NCBI GenBank assembly: GCA_037130655.1
Contig: JBAXSP010000002.1
Span: 13,125-77,124 of the forward strand
Direction: 5' to 3'
Length of the DNA stretch: 64,000 bases
From: a bacterium
GTDB taxonomy: Bacteria > Patescibacteriota > Minisyncoccia > Phycocordibacterales > UBA9973
Each line of letters starts with the position of its first letter. The stretch's first letter is position 1. The notes beneath the pieces are model-generated. The model saw only the letters and a program-made list of their open reading frames with translations. It was not told the DNA's origin and ran no database searches. Both the position numbers and the translations under genes were made by a program. This document shows positions 19,511 through 28,927 of this stretch, piece by piece.

Positions 19511-19948
19511 TTATTTTTTCTTAGAAACCAAAATAAGCGTTAGTTCTTTGTGATCAATTTTTATTTTATGTTCACCTACCTCCTTTAGTACACCATCTAG
19601 ATGAATAAGCTCTTCTGGAATCGCAATCTTCTTTGTCTCCTTAATAATCTTTGCGATATCTGCTTTATGAAGACCGCTCCACATATGACCTTTTTCATTT
19701 GTCAGTACTTCATGAACGATAGGCTCAGCCACAACAGCGTCAATCGTTTCAGCAAGCAATGCTTGTTTGACTTGTTTTCCTGATTGAATAGCTTTTTGTT
19801 TTGCAAGATGTTGTTCCAATACTTTAGGTGTCGCTTCTACGCCGTAGCCATTCTTAATGACAAAATTTCTTCCGTATCCTTCCGCAACCTCCTTAACGTC
19901 ACCCATTTGAGCGACACCTTTCAGTGATTTTGTAAAAATTACTTTCAT
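19511..19948 (-). CDS. rplI: 50S ribosomal protein L9
   Basis: MKVIFTKSLKGVAQMGDVKEVAEGYGRNFVI is the L9 N-terminal domain. Confidence 0.85.
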   Translation of the reverse strand: MKVIFTKSLKGVAQMGDVKEVAEGYGRNFVIKNGYGVEATPKVLEQHLAKQKAIQSGKQVKQALLAETIDAVVAEPIVHEVLTNEKGHMWSGLHKADIAKIIKETKKIAIPEELIHLDGVLKEVGEHKIKIDHKELTLILVSKKK

Positions 19949-19951
19949 ATA

Positions 19952-21154
19952 TTATTTCATTAACTCTAATGCTTTTTCCATTTGCAAATCCTTCTTTGGA
20001 TCACTGCCCGATTTTATAACATAATCGGGTTGTAGTCCATTTTCAGATATAGACACTCCGTTTGGTGTAAGCCATTTGGCAATAGTAACTTTCAAGGCAG
20101 TATCTTTTGTAATATCAACAACTTCTTGAACAGAACCTTTACCGAATGTTTTTGTTCCAACAAGCTTTGCTTTACCTTGTTCTTTGAGGGCACCTGCCAA
20201 TATTTCTGACGCAGAAGCTGATCCTCCATCCACCAAAATAATCATTTTCAAATTTTCATTGAAGATGTTATATCCACTACTGTGATAAATAACGGGGTCT
20301 TTCTTTGTACCAAAATCCTCACTCACCACAACAGCTTCTTTTGGAAGAAACCATGATGCAATATCCACCGCTGATTCAAGGTATCCACCAGGATTGCCAC
20401 GCAAATCAATAATCAATTTTGATTTACCTGAAAGAACAAATGTCTTCAATGCATCTCTAAATGCATTACTTGATTGTTCACCGAAGTTGTAGAGACGAAT
20501 CACATACACATCACCTTTTGTTTCAGTATCAATAATCGGCGGAACAATTGTTGCTCGAGTGAGCGATATTACACGTGTGTCTTTTTCTCCATCTCGGTAA
20601 ATAGTAATATCAACGGCAGTTCCAGCTTCACCTCGTATTAATGCGATAGCATCTTCAATGGTCATATTGTTTGTTGATTTAGTTCCTATCTTCAACACCT
20701 TATCACCACTTTTGATACCAGCTTTTTCTGCTGGAGTACCTTTGAGCGGAGCAACGACGGTAATAACTCCGTCTTTCATTGCAACTTCCATACCGACTCC
20801 ACCAAAGTGACCCTCTATTTGAGACTTAAACATTTTGTTTTCTTCTGGATTAAAGAACACGGTGTATGGATCTTTGAGTGACTGAGCTAATCCTTGTGCT
20901 GCACCATAAACTCTTGCTTGTGCATCTGCCTTATCTTTATAAACAGATTTTTCATCCAGTGTTTTCCAGACTTTCCAAAAAACACTCATATCAACACCAC
21001 TCATTGATTCACCACCAATAGTTTGCGCTTCAACGTTGTGTGTTTTTGTTCCCGCAAAAAAACCACCGCAAAACAAAAGAGCTCCGACTATTACAAGCGT
21101 TACTCCTTTTGATATTTGTAGTTGTTTTTTATTACTGCCTGTTTCCATACACAC
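19952..21154 (-). CDS. ctpA: carboxyl-terminal processing protease (S41 family)
   Basis: Signal anchor, PDZ domain and S41 catalytic region (GNPGGYL, VDGGSASASEILAGALKE). Confidence 0.85.
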   Translation of the reverse strand: MCMETGSNKKQLQISKGVTLVIVGALLFCGGFFAGTKTHNVEAQTIGGESMSGVDMSVFWKVWKTLDEKSVYKDKADAQARVYGAAQGLAQSLKDPYTVFFNPEENKMFKSQIEGHFGGVGMEVAMKDGVITVVAPLKGTPAEKAGIKSGDKVLKIGTKSTNNMTIEDAIALIRGEAGTAVDITIYRDGEKDTRVISLTRATIVPPIIDTETKGDVYVIRLYNFGEQSSNAFRDALKTFVLSGKSKLIIDLRGNPGGYLESAVDIASWFLPKEAVVVSEDFGTKKDPVIYHSSGYNIFNENLKMIILVDGGSASASEILAGALKEQGKAKLVGTKTFGKGSVQEVVDITKDTALKVTIAKWLTPNGVSISENGLQPDYVIKSGSDPKKDLQMEKALELMK

Positions 21155-21399
21155 TAGATAGTTTCTTCAATTATTTCTTCATGATATTCCTCTGTTGTCA
21201 CTTCTGGTACTATTGCTGCTAGTTCATTTTTGATTCGATTATTTCTTATTGAATATGCAATAAAGCCAACACAGAGGCCGGTAATCAATAACAATATCTT
21301 TCTCCAACTTGGAGGAAAACCGAGGTTTGGAAAAACAATAATCCAAACAGCAAGTATCATCAATAATTTTTCTTTTTTCATACAACAAGTATATCGCAC
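21154..21399 (-). CDS. small membrane protein (2 TM), hypothetical
   Basis: 81 aa, tightly packed between rsmI and ctpA with overlapping stop and start. Confidence 0.4.
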   Translation of the reverse strand: MRYTCCMKKEKLLMILAVWIIVFPNLGFPPSWRKILLLITGLCVGFIAYSIRNNRIKNELAAIVPEVTTEEYHEEIIEETI

Positions 21400-22080
21400 T
21401 TACTCTGGGGCAACAATGAGAACAAACTCCCCTTTTTCTGTTTTAGGATTATTATCCAAATAGTCAATAATCTCTCCTGCACTACCATTGATAAACGATT
21501 CGTGCATTTTTGTTAATTCTTTGGCGAGAACAATATGACGCTCGGGCATTATTTCAGAGAGCGAAATAAGGGTCTTTTTGAGACGATGGGTAGATTCATA
21601 AAAAACAATAACTTTATCACTTTGTTTTATTTGTTCAAAAATACTTTGTCGCCCTTTCTTGTGTGGAAGAAAACCAAGAAAAGTGAATTCACTACACGGA
21701 ATCCCACAAGCACACAGTGCAGTAATCACCGCTGACGCACCAGGTATTGGCACAATCGTTTCTGGTCCACATACGGCGATTATTTCTTTAATCAAAAAGA
21801 CTCCTGGATCAGAAATACATGGTGTTCCTGCATCGCTTACCAATGCTAGATTCTTACCTTCTTGCAACAGTTGGATTGCCTTGGTAATAGTGGTTTGTGT
21901 TGTGTGAGCATCTGCCCGAATCAATGGTTTTTTGATTTCATAATGATTGAGTAGCTTGCCAGTCATTCTTGTATCCTCACACAAAACAGCATCCACTAAT
22001 TTGAGTGTATCAATTGCTCGAAACGTAATGTCTCCGAGGTTTCCTATTGGGGTGGCGACAATATAGATTTTACCGGTCAT
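21400..22080 (-). CDS. rsmI: 16S rRNA (cytidine1402-2'-O)-methyltransferase RsmI
   Basis: MTGKIYIVATPIGNLGDITFRAI...VLCEDTR, tetrapyrrole-methylase fold. The start is set at the internal Met (22080), 7 nt after TATACT; the longer ORF would overlap the next gene. Confidence 0.85.
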   Translation of the reverse strand: MTGKIYIVATPIGNLGDITFRAIDTLKLVDAVLCEDTRMTGKLLNHYEIKKPLIRADAHTTQTTITKAIQLLQEGKNLALVSDAGTPCISDPGVFLIKEIIAVCGPETIVPIPGASAVITALCACGIPCSEFTFLGFLPHKKGRQSIFEQIKQSDKVIVFYESTHRLKKTLISLSEIMPERHIVLAKELTKMHESFINGSAGEIIDYLDNNPKTEKGEFVLIVAPE

Positions 22081-22135
22081 AATTCTCAGTATACAGGAAG
22101 GTAATAAAAAAGGCACCCAAATTGGGTGCCTTGTG

Positions 22136-22777
22136 TTAAAAGTGTTTAATGATATCTTTCTCATATGAAAGACAGATGTCTATCAACTGATCTTCCAACT
22201 TGATGGGACAGTGTGTTTTTCCAAGGAAAACAAGGGATGGTATTTTGGGAAACTTGTTTTTGTGAGCAACTTGATTAACAGTAGAACTTTTTATTTGCAA
22301 TGGAACAACCCATTCAGCACCTTTATGGTCTCTACAAGTAACACGAACATCTATTCCCTTTAAATCCTGTTTTCTTTTAACAAAGCGTACTGATTTTAAA
22401 ACTGATACATCTTTCTTGATTATTTCCTCTATATTCTCAAAAACAGACATTTCGTGAGAATATCCGAGCTGATAATCATTGATTAATTTTTTAAAAAATG
22501 AATAGAGTTGATGCACAGAAATAGTAGTTACCACTTTTATCAAAAAACGATCCTGTTCACAAGTATCAATATCTCTGCCAAGAAGTTCTTTTTCAAACAT
22601 AATTTCTCTACTGATAGTTATTTTTGTTGTTCCGGTTTTGAATATTTTAAACTTAAAACTAAACGTTTTTTTACTTGTTTCTGTAACAGAATAACTGAGT
22701 ATCTTCTTTCTTTTAATCAACAGATCTCCGACAGCAATAATAACACCTTTTAAAACATCTTTATTTTTTACTTTCAT
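22136..22777 (-). CDS. hypothetical protein (AT-rich, adjacent to tRNA-Ile)
   Basis: 213 aa; no motif I recognise. Confidence 0.5.
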   Translation of the reverse strand: MKVKNKDVLKGVIIAVGDLLIKRKKILSYSVTETSKKTFSFKFKIFKTGTTKITISREIMFEKELLGRDIDTCEQDRFLIKVVTTISVHQLYSFFKKLINDYQLGYSHEMSVFENIEEIIKKDVSVLKSVRFVKRKQDLKGIDVRVTCRDHKGAEWVVPLQIKSSTVNQVAHKNKFPKIPSLVFLGKTHCPIKLEDQLIDICLSYEKDIIKHF

Positions 22778-22909
22778 TAATTAAGTACTTTTTACCGTTG
22801 TAACTATAGTACACAAAAAGTAAAATAGCAATAGACATCGAGTGACACTTTATTGAACTTACTCATTGCTAAAATAGTCTTTTTTTGGTATATTTTGGCA
22901 ATAAACCAC

Positions 22910-22981
22910 GCGTGTATAGTTCAGTGGTAGAACGCTGTCCTGATAAGACAGAGGTCCTTGGTCCGATTCCAAGTACACGCA
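22910..22981 (+). tRNA. tRNA-Ile (anticodon GAT)
   Basis: Cloverleaf: acceptor GCGTGTA/TACACGC, D-arm GTTC-AGTGGTA-GAAC, anticodon stem CTGTC/GACAG with loop CTGATAA, T-arm CTTGG-TCCGATT-CCAAG. CCA not encoded. TGgTATATT promoter at about 22886. Confidence 0.9.
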
Positions 22982-23051
22982 CAATAAAAATTGGAACTTT
23001 TTAGGTTCCAATTTTTGATTTCATTCCTAATTCTTAATTCGTAATTCCTAA

Positions 23052-24020
23052 TTATTCCCCTTCTTCCTCGCCCACCTCGCCAGCTTGCAATGCATCAATA
23101 ATTTTACCGATATTTCCAGCCATAATACCTGGAAGGTTTGACCAGGACTGTCTGATTCGGTGATCTGTTACACGGTCTTGTGGGAAGTTGTAGGTACGAA
23201 TTTTTTCACTTCGATCCCCTGTTCCAATCTGATTTTTTCGTTCACCTGCATATTTTTTTGCTTCTTCTTCATCTTTCAGTGTTTGCAATTTGTTCATCAA
23301 AATAGCCATGGCTGTTTCTCTGTTTGCTAATTGACTTCGCTCTGAGGTAGAACGAACATCGAGACCTGTTGGCTTGTGAATGATACGCACCGCTGTTTCA
23401 ACTTTGTTCACATTCTGTCCTCCTGCACCACCTGAACGAGAATATTCCATTTCAAAATCAGCAGGATTAACCTCTATGGTTGTCTTCTTGCGAAGTGGAA
23501 GCACTGCCACTGTTGCTGTAGATGTGTGTATACGGCCATTTTTTTCAGTATCAGGTACACGTTGTACTCGGTGTGTCCCTGTTTCAAACTGAAGCATTTT
23601 ATAAATATCTTTTCCATGAGCCTCAGCTACTACTTCTTTGAATCCACCAACATCACTATTTGAGCGGTCGATAATCTTGAAATTCCAACCTTTTGATTCT
23701 CCGTATTTTTGATACATTTCATACAACTCAAAAGCAAAGAGCGATGACTCGTCCCCTCCTGCACCTGCACGGATTTCCAAAATAACTTCATTAGGAAATT
23801 CTATTTCTTCTTTTTCTGTATCGAGTATTGCTTTTATTTGAACAAGCACACCTTCTTTTGTCGTTTTCAATGTATCCAAATCACTTTTAGCTAATTCTGC
23901 CATTTCAGGATCTTGTGACATCAACAACAAATCGGCTTCCTCTTTTTCTAGGCGCTCCAAATATTCTGCCAAATAAGCAGTTTTGTGATCTTGTTTGAGT
24001 TGTTGTATATCGTATTCCAT
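23052..24020 (-). CDS. prfA: peptide chain release factor 1
   Basis: GGQ motif ([11 protein letters not shown]) and the RF1-type recognition loop [17 protein letters not shown] (PxT type, not SPF). Confidence 0.85.
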   Translation of the reverse strand: MEYDIQQLKQDHKTAYLAEYLERLEKEEADLLLMSQDPEMAELAKSDLDTLKTTKEGVLVQIKAILDTEKEEIEFPNEVILEIRAGAGGDESSLFAFELYEMYQKYGESKGWNFKIIDRSNSDVGGFKEVVAEAHGKDIYKMLQFETGTHRVQRVPDTEKNGRIHTSTATVAVLPLRKKTTIEVNPADFEMEYSRSGGAGGQNVNKVETAVRIIHKPTGLDVRSTSERSQLANRETAMAILMNKLQTLKDEEEAKKYAGERKNQIGTGDRSEKIRTYNFPQDRVTDHRIRQSWSNLPGIMAGNIGKIIDALQAGEVGEEEGE

Positions 24021-24083
24021 AGTGTGTATTTTATTATAGCAAACAAAAAAGCCACATGGTGAGGCTTTTTTGTTTGTAAGAAT

Positions 24084-24338
24084 TTATTTTTTGACAGCTG
24101 CTGCGCGCTTTTTGAAACGATCCACACGTCCTGCAGTATCAAGTACCTTTTCATTTCCAGTGAAGAATGGGTGTGAAGCACTTGAGATTTCAACACGGAA
24201 AAGCGGGTATTCTTTACCATCAGTCCATTGTGCAGTTTCTTTACTTGCTACAGTTGACATAACCAAAAAGCGTGCTCCATTTGAGTTATCTTCAAATATC
24301 ACGTATCGGTTATTTTCTGGGTGGATTTCCTTTTTCAT
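24084..24338 (-). CDS. rpmE: 50S ribosomal protein L31
   Basis: [17 protein letters not shown]...HPFFTG is the L31 signature. Confidence 0.85.
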   Translation of the reverse strand: MKKEIHPENNRYVIFEDNSNGARFLVMSTVASKETAQWTDGKEYPLFRVEISSASHPFFTGNEKVLDTAGRVDRFKKRAAAVKK

Positions 24339-24360
24339 AATAAAGCTATTCTAGCATATT

Positions 24361-25743
24361 TTACAGGTTCTGCAACGGGTCAATCATTGTTTCTTGAATC
24401 TTCTTGGCAATTGCCGTCACACTGTTTCCATAGAACGAATTTGGTGGTTTACGTCCATCTTTACAAGCCGCCCCTGAATAATACCGACAAGCGGCATTAC
24501 GCTCTGCGGTGTATCCACCAGCCGCTGCCCCACGATCAGCCAAATAAAGTGCGGTAGCCATAATTGCATCTTCCGGATTCCATGGATTTGCATGAGCCTT
24601 ACCGACAGCTGTAGCTACGCGATTACGGATAGATATCCAAGTAGATGGAATAAACTGTGATGGCCCCATGGCGCCTCCCCAACCTCCTCCTGATGGACAA
24701 GAAAGCGGTGTGGTGTCTGGATCAAGCCCAAGTTCGTTCACAATTTGCAAGAAGAGTGATTGATCATCGCGCCCAGATTTTCCAGAAGCAACCTGCGCTG
24801 GACCCGGCATAATATTTCGATAACTCTTTGACGCAGGATCCCCTGCACGATTACAAGTACCAACATTTTTTCCCATATTTGACTCTTGGGTCAAAATTGC
24901 CAAAATCATTGCAGGACGAACACCGGTCTTTGCGGATGCTTCTTTGGCATACTCATACGCATCTTTGAATTGAATTGAACCAGTGTCACGCAACTTGAAC
25001 AAACTAGTCAAAATTGCATTCTTTCTTCTTTGTCTATCAGCGAGTTCTCCTTCATAAGAAGATTTTTGTTTTTCATTCAAACTCAACAATTTTTGTTGTT
25101 CTTCTTGGGTTAATTTCAATTTTTTATTTTGACTTTCAAGCTCAACTTTCGCATCCAACTGCTGATTCTTATTTGTTTCCAATTGTTTCTTTTCTGTCTC
25201 AGTATCTTGTTTTACTACCTTGATCGTATCAACAGCACTTTTTACAGAACGTTTCAATGATGCAAACGAATCTAAATCTCGATAAAAATCAGAAACTGTT
25301 TTTCCAGACAACAATACGTGCATAATATTATTCTGATCTATTTCATTGGTTTTTTTGATTAGCTGTGCCAACGAGTCGCGAGATAAATCAATCTTGTCAT
25401 CAAGCACATTAATCTTCTCAACGTGTTTTGTAATCTCTTTTGAAAGCTTTGTGATGATTGCGGTTTTTTGACTAATCAATGCTTTCAATTTTGTAATCTG
25501 AGCATTGAGTAAATCAATATCTTTTTTCAAAGAACTACTTTTACCTTTCAAATTATCAATAACCACCTGAATACTAGCAATTTCTGCATCACACACAGGA
25601 AGACGTAGACGAAGATCATCCTCACTCAAGTTTTTAATTTCAGCAGGTGTTGGACAAGTCAAAGTTTCAGCTGAAGCAATATGCGCAACAGGTGAAAAAA
25701 CAAGTATTCCAATAACAAAAATGAATAAGATTTTATTTTTCAT
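24361..25743 (-). CDS. secreted coiled-coil protein with C-terminal lytic transglycosylase (SLT/lysozyme-like) domain
   Basis: Signal peptide from MKNKILFIFVIGILVF, with the start 9 nt after TGaTATAAT. About 250 aa of coiled coil, then GVRPAMILAILTQESNMG (SLT catalytic Glu motif). Confidence 0.7.
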   Translation of the reverse strand: MKNKILFIFVIGILVFSPVAHIASAETLTCPTPAEIKNLSEDDLRLRLPVCDAEIASIQVVIDNLKGKSSSLKKDIDLLNAQITKLKALISQKTAIITKLSKEITKHVEKINVLDDKIDLSRDSLAQLIKKTNEIDQNNIMHVLLSGKTVSDFYRDLDSFASLKRSVKSAVDTIKVVKQDTETEKKQLETNKNQQLDAKVELESQNKKLKLTQEEQQKLLSLNEKQKSSYEGELADRQRRKNAILTSLFKLRDTGSIQFKDAYEYAKEASAKTGVRPAMILAILTQESNMGKNVGTCNRAGDPASKSYRNIMPGPAQVASGKSGRDDQSLFLQIVNELGLDPDTTPLSCPSGGGWGGAMGPSQFIPSTWISIRNRVATAVGKAHANPWNPEDAIMATALYLADRGAAAGGYTAERNAACRYYSGAACKDGRKPPNSFYGNSVTAIAKKIQETMIDPLQNL

Positions 25744-25801
25744 GTATCCGTGTATTATATCATAAAAAATAATGACCAATTACTAATGACCAGTGACTAA
25801 T

Positions 25802-25838
25802 AAAAAAATGGAACCCGCTGGGTTCCATTTTTTTATTT
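25802..25838. terminator. bidirectional terminator flanked by TAGTCA-type inverted repeats
   Basis: aaaaaaatggaaccc-gctg-ggttccattttttt. The flanks taatgaccaattactaatgaccagtgactaat and ggtaactagtcattagtcactagtcatta are CTAG/TAG-rich. Confidence 0.7.
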
Positions 25839-25870
25839 TGTATTTATTATTGGTAACTAGTCATTAGTCA

Positions 25871-26503
25871 CTAGTCATTACTCTCTGCTTCTTCTTTCTT
25901 CCCTTTCTTTTCTACTTCAATAGCAGAGAGATCGAGCGGAGCAGATTCTTCTGATTCTTCTTTTTGAGCTGCTACAAGCGCAACAACTTCTTCACCATCA
26001 GTGATCATTGTCACACCAGCTGGAAGTTTGATGTCTGCAACAGTGATTTGAGTATCCAAATCAACCAAAGTTGAAATGTCTACTTCAAGTGTGTGTGGCA
26101 AATCTTTTGGAAGCGCCTCAACTTCAACTTCGTGAAGCACTTTAACCAAAGTTCCTAGGTTGTTCTTTTCAGCAGGTGCTACACCAACGAATTCAAGTTG
26201 GATTGCTACTTCTACTGGTTTGTTCATATCAACAGCAAGGAAATCAACATGCATAATATGCCCTTTTACTGGGTGAAATTGCACGTCTTGGAAAAGAACG
26301 TTTTTCTTTTCTGAATCATATGAAAGTGCTACTGGAGTACTTTCACCTGCTTCTTTCCATGCTTTTACAAGGATACGAGACTCGATAGCGAGACTAGTAA
26401 CTTCTGTGTTAGCGCCATAGACAACAGCTGGTACCATGCCGTTAATTCGCAATTGGTCCAACTTGTCTGCCTTACTTCGCTTTGTTGCTGTAATACTTAT
26501 CAT
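25871..26503 (-). CDS. rplY: 50S ribosomal protein L25 / general stress protein Ctc
   Basis: Two-domain L25/Ctc form; RINGMVPAVVYG. Acidic C-terminal tail. Confidence 0.85.
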   Translation of the reverse strand: MISITATKRSKADKLDQLRINGMVPAVVYGANTEVTSLAIESRILVKAWKEAGESTPVALSYDSEKKNVLFQDVQFHPVKGHIMHVDFLAVDMNKPVEVAIQLEFVGVAPAEKNNLGTLVKVLHEVEVEALPKDLPHTLEVDISTLVDLDTQITVADIKLPAGVTMITDGEEVVALVAAQKEESEESAPLDLSAIEVEKKGKKEEAESND

Positions 26504-26617
26504 GGCAATATCTTAACATTAAAACGTCTTTGTATCAAGAGGTTTCTTATACTCATTGACAATACGCCTTGTGAGTGATATTTTGAATAAGGAACCTTCA
26601 AAATTACATACACATAC

Positions 26618-28351
26618 ATGCAACACATTACCCACTTCCGCCAAGGTCTATTGTTGACCTTATTATTTGTATTTCTTTTCGGAAACGAAAAGATCTTAGC
26701 CCAACAAAAGCATTATCCACTCACCGTGGTTGATACTTTTGATTTGTACAAAAAGTACATCAAAAATGACTCTTTCGCCTCTTTTAGTGCTAATGCACTG
26801 ATAGAACAGAGTACGTATTCTCATTTAGTTTTTTATGGTAAAAACCGTGATTTATATTTTTATAAATACGGACCAACACTTACTACTATTGATTCAATAG
26901 CATTTGAATCACCAACCAATCAATCGACACAAAACACTTTTATTTCAAACAACACTGGTTGTATTGTAATGAATTACCGTGGTGTTTATCAGTATGCAAA
27001 GGATGGAAAAGTGACGTGGAAAATTGAAACGGTTGGTGAAAGTTTTTTTCAATCAATCGTACAAGTAACTAATGGGTACATTCTCTGTGGAGGTATTGTA
27101 CAAAATGATAGTTTGTTTAACACACTTTCTTTTATCAATATCGATGGAAGCATCAAATGGCAACGGAATTTTTATAGCTTGCAAAATAGCTATGTATCAA
27201 TTTGCCAGGCATTAGCATATTGCAATAAGCACATATACTTCATGTATGCTGATTCAAATCAAATACGTGCAGATATTAGTGGTAACGGATTAGTCCCTTC
27301 TGCCAAAGTTGTAAAAATTGATTTAGATGGAAACAGTATTACCGAAACAACAGTAGCTGTATCGCCGAGAAGTTTTGTTATCAAAAACAATCAGCCGTTT
27401 TTATTTGGAGATGTTGTTGATGGAACAGGTCAATCACTCTATCGAGTGTATAAAATCGACACCACAACACTTACTGCAACACTGTATTTCAACAATGCAA
27501 CAAATGGATTATTACCTTATGGTGATAAATGGCTTTCGGTCAGCAGTAAAAATGTTCGAAGTGCTGACAAATTGCACAAAGAATTTATTACTTCCATTAG
27601 TGTGTTTGATATCATCGACACAGAAAGCATCAAAACTTCGTATGTTCAGCATTACACCAATGTATTCGATACACTGACTCAAGTAAGTTCAGATATAAAC
27701 AATCTGCAACTAGATGGAGATAACAATATCTTACTTACTTTTACCGTGAATCGAAAGTTTACCAACGGATCAGGATTGTTGTTATACAAAATTGTTTTAA
27801 GAAAAGATACGTTGCCAAATGTTGACTCTCTTTGGGCAACACAAACAACGGTAGCAAAACAAGAAGTAACGATTAGTTGTCAAACACTATTCAAACGAAC
27901 ACTACTTGTTACTGTTTGGAAAAAAGACAATTCTTCAACAATCAAAACATATGTTGATACGAACATTGCAACCAATCATGCTATCAGAAGTTTTTTCTCA
28001 GAACCAGGTGAATATGTATATACTGCGTATGCTATAGGCGGTCCGTACAAAGACACGATTACTTCAAATGAACATTCATTCACTGTTGATGCAGGAACCA
28101 ACGGAATCACACAAACAAACAACGATCAATTGATCAGTGTGTTTCCGAATCCATCGAATGGTAGTGTTGTTTTTGAAATAACTATTCCAGGAAATCTGAC
28201 GGTGTACACACTGGAAGGCAAAATGGTTTTGAATAAAAATATTCAAACCACTACCCCATTGGATATTTCAGTATTCGGTACTGGCATGTATGTATATAAG
28301 TTCTCGACAGATAAAAGCACTCTGACTGGAAAAATCATTGTTCAGCAATAA
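26618..28351 (+). CDS. secreted repeat protein with T9SS-type C-terminal sorting domain (Por_Secre_tail-like)
   Basis: Signal peptide. The last ~70 aa, VFPNPSNGSVVFEITIPGNLTVYTLEGKMVLNKNI...ISVFGTGMYVYKFSTDK...GKIIVQQ, match the PNP...G-l-vyd..G+.v...GvY.v+ pattern of the TIGR04183 CTD. Confidence 0.6.
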   Translation: MQHITHFRQGLLLTLLFVFLFGNEKILAQQKHYPLTVVDTFDLYKKYIKNDSFASFSANALIEQSTYSHLVFYGKNRDLYFYKYGPTLTTIDSIAFESPTNQSTQNTFISNNTGCIVMNYRGVYQYAKDGKVTWKIETVGESFFQSIVQVTNGYILCGGIVQNDSLFNTLSFINIDGSIKWQRNFYSLQNSYVSICQALAYCNKHIYFMYADSNQIRADISGNGLVPSAKVVKIDLDGNSITETTVAVSPRSFVIKNNQPFLFGDVVDGTGQSLYRVYKIDTTTLTATLYFNNATNGLLPYGDKWLSVSSKNVRSADKLHKEFITSISVFDIIDTESIKTSYVQHYTNVFDTLTQVSSDINNLQLDGDNNILLTFTVNRKFTNGSGLLLYKIVLRKDTLPNVDSLWATQTTVAKQEVTISCQTLFKRTLLVTVWKKDNSSTIKTYVDTNIATNHAIRSFFSEPGEYVYTAYAIGGPYKDTITSNEHSFTVDAGTNGITQTNNDQLISVFPNPSNGSVVFEITIPGNLTVYTLEGKMVLNKNIQTTTPLDISVFGTGMYVYKFSTDKSTLTGKIIVQQ

Positions 28352-28453
28352 TTTTTCCAACATCCAGTCACAAAGCCTCGTATAATGCGAGGCTTTTTTC
28401 TATGGTAATAAAATATGATACAAAACGTCTTATTTATGGAAGGAATAATATAT

Positions 28454-28481
28454 TGACATTATATTAATAATATGATATAAT
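28454..28481 (+). promoter_or_regulatory. sigma70-type promoter: TTGACA, 17-nt spacer, TGaTATAAT
   Basis: tatTTGACAttatattaataatatgaTATAATaca. A rare full -35/-10 pair here; it drives the conserved leader. Confidence 0.65.
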
Positions 28482-28488
28482 ACAATTA

Positions 28489-28556
28489 GTAAAGTTCTTT
28501 GATTTAGTTAGGTGTACAGAGCGGATCTTGGTCCTTTGTGTCCACCTAATTAAATA
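28489..28556 (+). ncRNA. conserved 5' leader element, copy 1 (candidate cis-regulatory RNA)
   Basis: agttctttgatttagttaggtgtacagagcggatcttggtcctttgtgtccacctaatt, about 80% identical to the leader at 33293-33385 (minus). Outer stem aggtg/cacct versus atgtg/cacat shows a compensatory change. Confidence 0.5.
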
Positions 28557-28559
28557 CAA

Positions 28560-28886
28560 ATGAAAAAAATATATTCAATCCTTATCTGTCTTGTTGCTTT
28601 GTCGAGTCAATCTTGTAAAAAAGAAATTTCTCAAAGCTATAAAGATAGTTTACCGAAAATAATATCTATAGAAAAACCTGAAGGACATTTTACTTATAGA
28701 TATAAGATGAAAGGTCAAGATACAAATTCGAAAGATCCTAAAACAGGAACTGTCTATAGAAGTTACGGAATTGCATTAGTTTTTTCCAACAATGTTTACA
28801 AAGTTGGAAGAATTATATCTGACGAACCCCTGGATCGATCAGATAGTACCAGCGTTATCGACTTTGTAACAGAAGTTGATAAATAA
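28560..28886 (+). CDS. lipoprotein, hypothetical
   Basis: MKKIYSILICLVALSSQSC lipobox; 108 aa. Confidence 0.6.
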   Translation: MKKIYSILICLVALSSQSCKKEISQSYKDSLPKIISIEKPEGHFTYRYKMKGQDTNSKDPKTGTVYRSYGIALVFSNNVYKVGRIISDEPLDRSDSTSVIDFVTEVDK

Positions 28887-28892
28887 AAAAAT

Positions 28893-28927
28893 AAAAGCTC
28901 TGCATTTTTGCAGAGCTTTCTTTTTTA
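28893..28927. terminator. bidirectional terminator
   Basis: aaaagctctgca-tttt-tgcagagctttcttttt. Confidence 0.7.
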
